In this document: positions 21,463 to 31,203 of the stretch, in pieces | Position numbering within the stretch: the stretch's first letter is position 1 | Layout: each line of letters begins with the position of its first letter | Source: Zygophlyctis sp. KS116 | Taxonomy: Eukaryota > Fungi > Chytridiomycota | Reading direction: 5' to 3' | Assembly: GCA_054661495.1 (NCBI GenBank) | Contig: BAAFSQ010000015.1 | Span: 30,001 to 62,000, forward strand | DNA length: 32,000 nt | Program-made: the position numbers and the translations under genes | The notes under the pieces: model-generated | The model's database searches: none | The model's input: the letters and a program-made list of their open reading frames with translations, nothing else | What the model was told of the DNA's origin: nothing

Positions 21463-22215
21463 ATGAAAAAGGCAATTCTTGATCATTATTCATGGACTTT
21501 TGCCTATTCTATCTACCACCCAGTATTTTATTCCTGCATAAAGACAAATTATACTCCAAGTCATGTAAACTCTTGGCCAATGAAAAAAATTTACAATGAA
21601 TCAACAACATTATCAGAAATTGATTTAAAATCAACAGAAATTTCTCATGAAAAAGGAAATCTTCAAGCTTACCAGTGGGCTAATCAGTACAATTTCAATG
21701 ATGAATCACAGGTGTCGGATCATGTCTTGGAAAAAGGAAGAAAAATTCTACTAAAGAGATTTGCTAAAAGGCATGATTTAGTCTCTTTATCTAATCTCTT
21801 ATCAAATTCAGATGTTTCTAGTCAAGATTATTATCTAGTAGCATCTACTATTATAAAAGAAGGTTCACTAGAGGAATTATTACAATTATTAGAAAAAGGA
21901 TTAGAGTCTAAAATTCCTCCTAGAATTGGTATTTTATTAAAGATTTTTGAAAAAGCTGTAAATCTAGGACATCAAAAGGCTTGTACTACAATTTGGAATT
22001 ATTTTTCATTGATTCCTAAAAACTTTAGACTAGAAAGGGCAGTCTTGTTGAAATTAAATTTGGTAAAAAACGATCAGGAATTATTTTCAGTCTTTGAAAA
22101 AGCTAAAGAATGGAGTGTTTTATCCCCAAAAGTAAGGTTGGGAATTTTACAAACTGCAAAGAGATTTTCTTCAAAGTATGAGGCAGACTGGAAATTTCGT
22201 CTATTAAAGAAATAA
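21463..22215 (+). CDS. Hypothetical protein with degenerate pentatricopeptide-like helical repeats
   Basis: 250-aa intronless ORF; YYLVASTIIKEGSLEELLQLLEKGLESKIPP resembles the PPR consensus. Confidence 0.6.
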   Translation: MKKAILDHYSWTFAYSIYHPVFYSCIKTNYTPSHVNSWPMKKIYNESTTLSEIDLKSTEISHEKGNLQAYQWANQYNFNDESQVSDHVLEKGRKILLKRFAKRHDLVSLSNLLSNSDVSSQDYYLVASTIIKEGSLEELLQLLEKGLESKIPPRIGILLKIFEKAVNLGHQKACTTIWNYFSLIPKNFRLERAVLLKLNLVKNDQELFSVFEKAKEWSVLSPKVRLGILQTAKRFSSKYEADWKFRLLKK

Positions 22216-22290
22216 CTCTGTTGAAATGTAGTAAAATTAGAATCAATAGAAATCACTTTTATTTTTCTTCATTGTCCAATCTCAACTTAC

Positions 22291-22686
22291 TTAGTAAGTT
22301 TTATAGTTAGCCTGACATTGCTTAAACATATCCAAATAGAATTGACAAGGAGCAATATCATTTGCGTTTGAGTCTAAACATTTCATAAAGGCTTTCTGAT
22401 CAGTTTCACAAGGATTTGTTTCCTGCTGCTGTGGTTGATCCTGAGGCTGTTGAGCTGGCTGAGAACTTCCACCAAACATTGAAGTCAAACCATGACCAAG
22501 CGTATGACCAATAGTAGATCCTACAGCAACCCCGGCAGCTGTAGAAGCCATATTAGCAAAGAGAGAAGGCTGCTGTTGAGCTGGAGCCTGCATTGGGGGT
22601 TGAGGAGGAGCATGAGGTGCTACTGAGCTAGAGGAAGCTGAGCGTCTCTGAGATGAGGAAGGTCTAGAAGATCTTGATCTTGGCAT
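22291..22686 (-). CDS. MIX17: Mitochondrial CHCH protein CHCHD2/CHCHD10/Mix17
   Basis: MPRSR presequence, MASTAAGVAVGSTIGH, twin CX9C motif. Confidence 0.95.
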   Translation of the reverse strand: MPRSRSSRPSSSQRRSASSSSVAPHAPPQPPMQAPAQQQPSLFANMASTAAGVAVGSTIGHTLGHGLTSMFGGSSQPAQQPQDQPQQQETNPCETDQKAFMKCLDSNANDIAPCQFYLDMFKQCQANYKTY

Positions 22687-22755
22687 TTTTTAACGCCATG
22701 ACGCCACCGGAATTTGATTTCGCGATTCTAGAAGCCCTACGATTTGAACCACAAA

Positions 22756-22819
22756 CATTACCTATTAATAGCAATAATTTGCCACATGGAATGGAGGAAA
22801 TTATATTTAATAGGTAATG
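22756..22819. repeat. Long imperfect hairpin closed by a perfect 13-bp inverted repeat
   Basis: CATTACCTATTAA (22756-22768) / TTAATAGGTAATG (22807-22819); inner ATAATTT/AAATTAT, CC/GG and CAT/ATG stems. Confidence 0.8.
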
Positions 22820-23111
22820 GTATAAGCTGGATATGGAGTTAATTAATGGTATAAAATTGATTGTTCACGTCATTCTCATTTCTCTTTCAATTACATGCTT
22901 TCTCATACTTTACATACTTGATTAATTACATGGTGAATCCTCATAATAATTATACACTGAATTCAAATCGCACAAATTTTCTCTATATCCCGGAATGATT
23001 TACAGAAAATTCAAAGAGAAAATTTAAGAGAAAATTTACAAGGAAATTTTAGGGTTAAATACCCATCAGGTCTAGGGTTATTTTAACTTTGGCACAGGAG
23101 CATCTCCGGAG

Positions 23112-23924
23112 ATGACTCCGTTATCTAGATTTATGCAATTCACTACATTTTTTTCTAGCAATGACTCTAATGCTTCGACTTTTAACCCACTGGATTATAA
23201 TTATTGGCGATCAGTTGTATCTGCATGTTTTGCCCCAAATGCAATGATCAAAATTCAAATGAAAGCAGCACATTCGGATGATACTAGATCTTTTGATCTG
23301 GATTCATCTCTAATGGCTAGATTTTTTCTTGTAACTTTCCAATCAGGAGTTTCTGGACTAAAGTTTGTACTTTCATCTTCAGAAATTGTATATTCTGTAT
23401 CTGGCTCTGTTTTAGATGCACCAAATGCTTGCATGTTGTTTACATATGAATTATGCTCAATTATAGTAGAGGGGCATTTAAGAGTACATTATGATCAAAA
23501 TTTAAATATTCAACTCTTGGAATGGCAAGAAAAATCATTTTCTGAATACATTCAAAGAAACTTTCTCTTCTCAAAAAATGAAGAAATGGTTGCAATACCG
23601 GAAAGTCCTGTAAATGTAAGGTTTTTAAAAAATTTTAAATTTAAAGGAGTTTGGAATTTCCGAAAGATCAATGAGATGTTTAGAAATCGCTGAAGTTATG
23701 TATCATTTGGGAGATTTGACTCAATTAAGTCTTCAATTGAAATGTGGTCCTCTAGGTATTTGATTAATAGAACTTAAAATTTAGAAATTCTTCGTAATTA
23801 TATTACGCTGACTAATCGACGACCGTCTAATTCTGCACCATCACCAACAGGGTCCACCAATGGACGAAATGCATCTGACTTTGTATTATCTTCGACTCCA
23901 GCTCCCTCAGAGGAAAAAATATAG
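23112..23924 (+). CDS. LIM-domain-binding / SEUSS / Mfg1-Adn1 family transcriptional co-regulator
   Basis: YWRSVVSACF, ARFFLVTFQSGV, VEGHLRV, FSEYIQR, PESPVNEFGISERSMRCLEIAEVM. Introns 23616-23646 and 23756-23784. Confidence 0.85.
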
Positions 23925-23938
23925 AAAGGAAATAAAAA

Positions 23939-26900
23939 CTAGTAAAATTCTTCAAATTCAAAGACTTCCAAGCATGAAATGTCCGCCTCTACAATTTTGG
24001 TCTTGGAATTTTCAGTAGCCGGGTCTAGTAAATCATTTATAGATGAGTCTGATAGTTCTGAATGACTATCAGAGTATTCTTGTTGAACTTGAGTATCTTT
24101 TATGTCGCAATCAACATTTTGTGTTTCAGTGGTATGAGTATGGTCTATATTATCAACATTTGATTCTTCATGATCCGGCGGTACTGTCAGAATCTCGCCA
24201 TGTATATTTGAAGTATCATTGTTAAAGTCGTCATCGCTGATGAAGTCTAGGAAGTTCTCCAAACTTTCCTCTACTTGTTTTTTGTCACTCACTCGTTCTT
24301 TCAGACTTGAATCAATTGCTTCCGGTAATATATTCGGACATTGATTTCGTTCAGTTCTGTCCAGCTCTATATTTTCATCATTCAGAAGATCTTTAAATTC
24401 CAAACTATTGAGAATTTCTAGAATTATTCATTCATTTTGATAATTACTAAGCCGTTTAATTATTGATGACCAGAGGGGATTACACATCAAAAGATCTTCA
24501 CTCCCAAAGACAAGCAAATTCCTAAATGTTAGACTTAACAAGTATTTGAAACCTTTTTGCCCTGGTAAGAGCAACATTAATGCGGCGGGCATCATCAATA
24601 AATCCGATATGGTTTGTCCTGATTGTAGAAAGCACTATTACATCCTTTTCAGCTCCCTGAAATGCATCAACCGTAGAAACTTGCAAACCTGAATACTCTT
24701 TACCTCCAATTGCTTCAATAAGAGATAGAATATAATCCACTTGACCTTTATCTGATATTAAATCAACCAAGACTCACATAATGCTATTATTCCTATTTGT
24801 TTCCCAGAAATGCCTTTTTCAATTAAGGAGCTTACAAAGCTAATGATAGTTTCCGCTTCTTGTACATTTATAAATGAAAGCTTGGCGTTCTTCTCAATTC
24901 CAGAGGTATCAACAAATGCTAAAGAAGGTAGCGACGGTATTACTGAGATTAAATCACTAGTTTGAGGACCATGGGTTAGTAGGCCTTTGTAAAATAATTC
25001 ATTACTTAAAGATCCAATCAAAGGATGGCATCGATACTGGATCCCAAGTAGAATTGGAATTACATCAGTTTTGGCCATTCTTTCAAAAAATGTGAAATCG
25101 AGACCTGAAGCGCCTTTATTACATTGTGTCGTAATTGTAGGAGGCAGCTGTAGAGGGTCACCAACCAGAAGCAACCTTTCCGCTCCAAATCTAACTATGG
25201 GGAGCATAGATGTGGGCTCCGTCATCTGGCTACATTCATCCAAAATGACAACATTCGCATGAAAATCGGACATCATTTCAAAACTTGTTGCTAAGCAAGT
25301 GACTCCAACAACAAAAGCATTGGAAATGATGGACTTATTTTCATTTGAAGTAAACTTTTTGATGGTGATCAGTATATCTAGAAGATCATTACGTACAGTT
25401 TTACCTTCTCTTTCATTTGAAGATAAATTTGAATTTTTCAACATACTATTCAATTCCTTCAGATCTATTTTGAACTAAAAACAAAATCTACCTTCATTTG
25501 TCGATTTAATTTGCTGAGCGGTAAATGGCAGAATTCTTTTTGCAATTTTTTTGAGACTTCCAACTCGTACAAACGACTTAAAGTTTAATTCAAGAAGACT
25601 TAATAAAACACGATCCACAGCTACATTCGTATTTGAGGATACTAGTATTCTAAAGTTTGATGACTTTAGCAAACCAGAAATAAATGCACGATGATAAAAA
25701 ATTATAAGAACAGCCGTTAGATATGATTTACCTGCTCCAAACGCCTAATTACCGTTAATATCTTTAACATACACCATGAGCCAAAGTTATGGGATTCGAT
25801 TGTCCAATGCAAGAGTTGGCGGATGATAATAAAACCGCATTCTGATCCTTGTTCAAATTAAATTCATCAGAAACTTGAGCCATCAAGGTTATAAAAGCGT
25901 TTGCATTTCCCGGTAAAACTAATGGCGTACTTTTGATTGTTTGTTCATCATTAGCGAGTATAGTTCCCAGCAATGGTGAGTTTGGCAAATTCTGAATCAA
26001 ATTTGGTATTGCACATAACTCCCCACAAGCATTTAACAAACGAATTCCAATCACATTCTCTGGCCCATTCTGTCCTTTTAGAATATATTGAGCTTTTAGA
26101 ACATCTTTTTGGGAAACCGGACAAATTTCAATCATTCCATTTGATAAAGGACCGAAAAAAGTACTGGTTGCCAGAAAGTTTGTTGTAAAATCATTACTTG
26201 TAGATATCACCCAGATATCATCTTTTGAATACATTGAGTGGTGTTCCTTATTTGACAAGTGTAAAGCGTAATATTTATTTTGATGATTTTGTTTGTTTTT
26301 CTGATCTTTTTTCTTTAATACACTAATATATTAATCATTTAAAATATCTTCAACCTTAGCTCTATACTTGCATAATATGATATTCCGCTACTCCTTAAAA
26401 ATGCCTCTAATTTTGATAAATCCTTGTCTCTGAAATTTTTTAGTTTTTGATTATATGTTGCAGCTATTTGTGAGATTTGGATTTGAATATTTTCATTAAT
26501 CGCTCTTGAAAATGTATCTATATACTCCCCTAAATCTATTAAAAGAATTTTCATTTACCTATATTCCTAAATCTGTTTGGAATATTAAGACCTCTTTGTC
26601 CGATAATCGTGTTTTGTATTTCTTGGATTGAAGGAAAGAAAAGATTAGTAAATTCTTTTTCCTGAGATTTGACCTTTATGTTTTCATAATTTTCTTGAGT
26701 ATCCTTGGGAGCCATGGGAGCCATTGGAGAATCGGACATGTCACTGTCTGATGAACGCCAGCTACTAAAGCATGTTTGAGGCTTGGGTTTATGCACTATA
26801 GGTTTGGATTTGACTTGAAGTTTGTTGGGGCTATGTCTAAAGCTTGGGGGTTCAGACATATGAATTGGCTCCGATTCCGATGGGCGCAGAACTTGTGTTT

Positions 26901-27168
26901 GTCGAATTTTCTTTACAGAGAGAGGCTTAAACTTTCTTTTTCTTATAGATGGAATGGGATCAGAAACTTGCTCTTGATTCTGTACATCCACCAAATACTT
27001 TTCCATTGTTAAAAGTGAATCAGTACTTGAACCCTTCCACGATGAATCAATGAGATTTCCTAGACTATCATATAATTGAGATTTCCCTTGTTTGACTTTT
27101 AAAGTACCGTCTGACCACGGTTTGATTTTTCTGTTTTTGTAAAGGAGAGATGTGTACAAGACATTCAT
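23939..27168 (-). CDS. ZGRF1: ZGRF1-like protein: N-terminal DUF2439 + UPF1/DNA2-type SF1B helicase
   Basis: VLYT...[10 protein letters not shown]...LYDSLG (DUF2439); [10 protein letters not shown]; [65 protein letters not shown]. Introns 26530-26558, 26323-26354, 25745-25772, 25465-25491, 24752-24777, 24522-24552, 24418-24447. Confidence 0.88.
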
Positions 27169-27290
27169 ATTTTCTACTTTTAAGTCGTAAAACCTTTGAT
27201 AGCAGTTTAGGTGTCAATTGCAGTGGGCGTATCGCTATAAAGGTAAAATCAATTATCAATAATTCAAGGAGTCACGGAGTCAAGCAGATA

Positions 27291-28016
27291 ATGATTACGC
27301 TCTCAGAACTCTGTATCAAATCTCTTTTAAAAAACTATAAAGACATTAGATCATTGATTGGTCTTCCTGGATCTCTCTCTAAAATAATTCTAGAAAAGGC
27401 TAGAGAGCGAGGGATATCAACAAGCACAGAGTTTCTAAAGATTTTTTTGGAATTTATTGATGAAAAGTTGGTTTTATCGCTTAATGATTATGAATTTCAG
27501 AAATTCTTTTCTAAAAACTTGACTTTTTCTCTAGAAATTTCAAGTCTGGACTTGACTGGAGTCAAATCAATCAATGATGGCTCAATGCTCACCATTTTAA
27601 AATTTAGAAATTTACAATCTTTAAATCTCTCATTTACTCTCGTGTCGGATTTGGGACTCTCTCATTTACTAAGGCCGCTTCCAAACTCTGGACTCTGTCA
27701 GCTCAAATTTCTAAATATTTCAGGGACTAAAATTACAAGATGTAAATTATTTAAATTAATTGATTTTCCTAATATTTCTATAATCAATGTCTCGTATTTA
27801 CTCTCTAAAAAAGAATCATTACAAATATTCTCTAAAGATCTTGGCTGGGAACTTTGCAAAGACAAAATTCAGGATCAACAGGAATTATACTTTTCAAGAG
27901 ACTTTAAAGCGTGGATTTTAGATTTACCTTTAAAAGAATTTAAAGAATCTGATCACACATTTAAACTAGATCCTTATCTAGCTTTTAGACCAAGACTAAC
28001 CTTTAAAAGACTCTAG
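27291..28016 (+). CDS. Leucine-rich-repeat protein, LRRC42-like
   Basis: TLSELCIKSL...IRSLIGLP N-terminus; LRRs LQSLNLSFTLVSDLGL and LKFLNISGTKIT. ATG 27291 preferred over 27150, which would overlap ZGRF1. Confidence 0.7.
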   Translation: MITLSELCIKSLLKNYKDIRSLIGLPGSLSKIILEKARERGISTSTEFLKIFLEFIDEKLVLSLNDYEFQKFFSKNLTFSLEISSLDLTGVKSINDGSMLTILKFRNLQSLNLSFTLVSDLGLSHLLRPLPNSGLCQLKFLNISGTKITRCKLFKLIDFPNISIINVSYLLSKKESLQIFSKDLGWELCKDKIQDQQELYFSRDFKAWILDLPLKEFKESDHTFKLDPYLAFRPRLTFKRL

Positions 28017-28963
28017 ATTCTTTTAAAAGGAACTGTAGATCTATTTTTTTCAGGCTCTATAATGACACGATTAACTGGTTCAGTAAAGCGTAAAGAATTA
28101 AATCCCACTTTTGATTTCTTGAATGATCCAGGAGGTATTATTCTCTCTGTTTCCAAAACTCTTTGACGAATTTTTGCAGTTTGTTCAGACCTTTGATTCT
28201 CTTTCATGCCACTTATTTTCAAAAATTCAACTTGATTCTCCAAGTCTTTATTTACAGACTTGTATTTCAAAAGTTTCTTTTTCAATGTACTTATAGTCTG
28301 ATTAGACTCTAAAAGCCATGAATTTGTCTCTCCTACTTTTCTAATTTTTAGAAAACTTTAGAATTACTTGTGATAATCAAATAGTAATTCTTTTAAATCT
28401 ATAGAATCTAAACTAGACTCTAATTCATCCCAACAACCTTGCCATTTCCTTAAATCAAAATCACTAGAGAAATTCCAATGTTTAGTAAATACTTCTGCTT
28501 TAATCCTTTTAGCCTTTTCCTCTTGTAGACTAGCTTTTACATTGTCTAAATTGTCTAAATTTATCTTTAATTGAATTTCCAGTTTAGAAATTTGTTTTTT
28601 CGACTCTGATAAACATTTCAATAATTTGTCCTTTACAATATAGTTTTCTGAATTTGTAGCTCTTAATTCCTCTATTTCTCGTAAAAATAAAGTCTGATTC
28701 TTTTTAAGACTTGAATTTTCCAAACTTAAATTCTGTAATTCAGTAGACTCTTTTCCCAATGCATTTTCTTGAATATTTTGAATTATTTCTACTGGTAAAA
28801 GTAGAATATCCTTTAATAAAAAATCCTTTTTACACAATGGACATGATTTTTGTACTTTAAACCATTTCTTTATACAAGATTCATGATACCAATGACTACA
28901 ATTCCTCAATACTCCAAAATTAGAGTCTGTAGAGTCTAAACAAATACAGCAAACAACCACCAT
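28013..28963 (-). CDS. N-terminal RING-H2 E3 ligase with coiled coil, TRAIP-like architecture
   Basis: CCIC...CSHWYHESCIKKWF...CPLC at the extreme N-terminus, then coiled coil; intron 28341-28367 joins the two ORFs. Confidence 0.75.
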
Positions 28964-28980
28964 TCCCTGTCCAAGCACTA

Positions 28981-29020
28981 TGCTTTTGCGTGCTTTTAGA
29001 TGCTTTTGCGTGCTTTAAAA
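28981..29020. repeat. 10-nt-period tandem repeat in a divergent promoter
   Basis: tgcttttgcg tgcttttaga tgcttttgcg tgctttaaaa. Confidence 0.85.
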
Positions 29021-29188
29021 GTAAAATTTTACAACCGTACAAGCAATGCTTAGACTCCTTTCCTAGACAAAGGGGATTTTTCCGTCACGCTTAAATTTGC
29101 ATGCTTGGCATCTAAACCGTTTAAAATTTTACAGAAAACAAGAAAATTTTTACTGATTACAAGCTTGGTCTAAAACTGAATTCTTAAA

Positions 29189-29500
29189 ATGATACTGATC
29201 TCCAATACATACTCTGATAGATGTACATTCTCTGATAGAAAATTTAATTGTCATTCTTGTCAGTCTTCCTTTAAGAGATTAGAACATTTAAAGCGGCATC
29301 AGTTTTCTCATTCAGTTAAAAACACTGGGGTTAAACCATTTCAATGCAGCGTTTGTAGAAAATATTACTCTAGATTTGATTCATTAAAGCTGCATGCATT
29401 CAATTCACATTCTATTTGTTTAGCTTGGAAGGAATATAAACATATCATTCATGATTGGAATCCTCCGTTCAGAAATAAGATTCAGGATTTGATAAATTGA
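29189..29500 (+). CDS. Small two-finger C2H2 zinc-finger protein (Adr1/Msn2-like fingers)
   Basis: CHSC...FKRLEHLKRHQFSH, TGVKPF, CSVC...SRFDSLKLHAFNSH. Start uncertain. Confidence 0.8.
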   Translation: MILISNTYSDRCTFSDRKFNCHSCQSSFKRLEHLKRHQFSHSVKNTGVKPFQCSVCRKYYSRFDSLKLHAFNSHSICLAWKEYKHIIHDWNPPFRNKIQDLIN

Positions 29501-29519
29501 AATAAAACTAGTACATTTA

Positions 29520-31166
29520 ATGACTATTCCAAATTTGAAAGGATTGACTTTTGGTCAAATGCAAGAGCTCTTGCAACAAGTTTTAGAGGACTCTGAGAAG
29601 AAGGATCAAGGTAGAGTAGTCTGCTAATTATTAGATTTAGTTTTAGCAGGGGAAATAGGCTCAAGGCTTTTACAAGAGAAAATGGGACTGGAAGCTGAAA
29701 CAAGGTCAAATAAGGAAAAGATTAAAGACTTGGAAGGAACTATTGGGGAATTGGAGGATACGATTTCTCATAAACAAGATGAAATTCAAGTTTTAATGCA
29801 GAAATCTAATAATTCTAATGATAATCTGGAATTAATGTGTAGAAAATATGAATTATTACTAAAAGAAACGCAGTCTCAAAGGAACGAGTTCTTGTTGCAA
29901 GTCACGACAATACAAGAAAAGTCCAAAAGTCTTAAACAAGATATAATATCTAAAAATAATGAATATAATCAGTTAGAAAAGGTTTATCAGTCTACAGTAA
30001 ACATGGTCAAAGATTTGAAAAATGATAATTTACAGTTAAAACAGAGTCTAGATCATTCAAAAATTCAAGTAAAGGATTTACAGTCGCATATATCTAGATT
30101 AGAGACGTCTAATAAGGAATTGAATCTTATGAATTATGAATTAGTAGATCTAAGACAGGTTGTAGAGGATCAAAAGACTCGTATAGATATATTAGAATGG
30201 GAAAATAATCAGTTGAATGTCTCATTAGAAGACACAAAAAGTAGGCTGGGGAAATATGAGGAAGGAGTTGATCCAAAAATTTCTTTTTCAAAGAGTATCT
30301 TGTCCGAAATTGATGAAAAAAGAGTAAAGGCTGAACAGGAAGCTAATGATATAAGTCAAAAGCATCAGGGTCTATTAAAGGCTCATACTCTTACAGTAAG
30401 GCAAAAAGAACGAATGAAAAATCATATTTCAAGACTGACTCAACTTTCTCAAAAACAATCGGCAGAGCATAGAGTTGAAATTTTAGAAGCAGAATTGAGT
30501 CAAGCTCTTAGTGAAAATCAGGATCTAGAACAGAAATTATTATATTTCTCAAAAAATCCAAGATCAAGGGCGTCTTCAGATGGAATTTCGGATGAAGATG
30601 AAAAAACATTAATCTCAAAATTGCTGATGGATAATAACAAACTTAATCAAGAAATTAAGACGCTTCATATGCTCAAGCTAAATGAAGCAGATAAGGTTCG
30701 GACGGCATATTCTCTTTTACATAATAAAGAACAAGAATTAGATCAAATTAGGACTCAGTTTGCTCAAACTAAATTTGATCTGGATGAAGCTTTACTTAAA
30801 TTACAGAATCCGGACGCATTTAAATTTGAAGAATCTCTACAAGATAAATTGAAAACCCCTATCGATTCAGATGAAAATGAACAAATTGATGTTATAACAG
30901 ACAAAGAAGTAGTATCAGTATCAAGTATGGAAAAAATAGGAAGTGAGTCTTTGCAGGAATCGGTTAGTATTTCAGAAGACTCATCAATTGATACTGAGGC
31001 TATTGAAAATGCACTTAGTAGTGTTTCAACACATTTATCCAGTTGTGGATTCGCCAAAGATGATTTGTCCGAAGCTGATTTATCAGATTCTGAAGACATG
31101 ATTCCTTCATCAAGAAACATAAAATTGGACAGGGCTAAAATAGGGCAAGAATGTAACCAACAGTAA
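29520..31166 (+). CDS. SPDL1: Spindly, kinetochore dynein-dynactin adaptor
   Basis: 24-nt intron 29611-29634 adds a CC1 box (DLVLAGEIGSRLL); Spindly motif KSILSEIDEKR followed by ...ERMKNHISRL; C-terminal CNQQ prenylation box. Confidence 0.85.
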
Positions 31167-31203
31167 ATAACTCTGTTTCTATTCCCAAAAAAATAAATTT
31201 CTA

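Noticed and set aside
3500-27216. TGACA recurring in intergenic regions
   Set aside because: About seven hits is close to chance for a 5-mer at this base composition.
20957-29020. Short repeats as CRISPR arrays or transposon ends
   Set aside because: Eukaryotic context, no spacers, no transposase and no target-site duplications.
7060-31166. Functional cluster of genome-maintenance genes (NBS1, ZGRF1, TRAIP-like, Spindly)
   Set aside because: Interspersed with unrelated housekeeping genes; no evidence of co-regulation.
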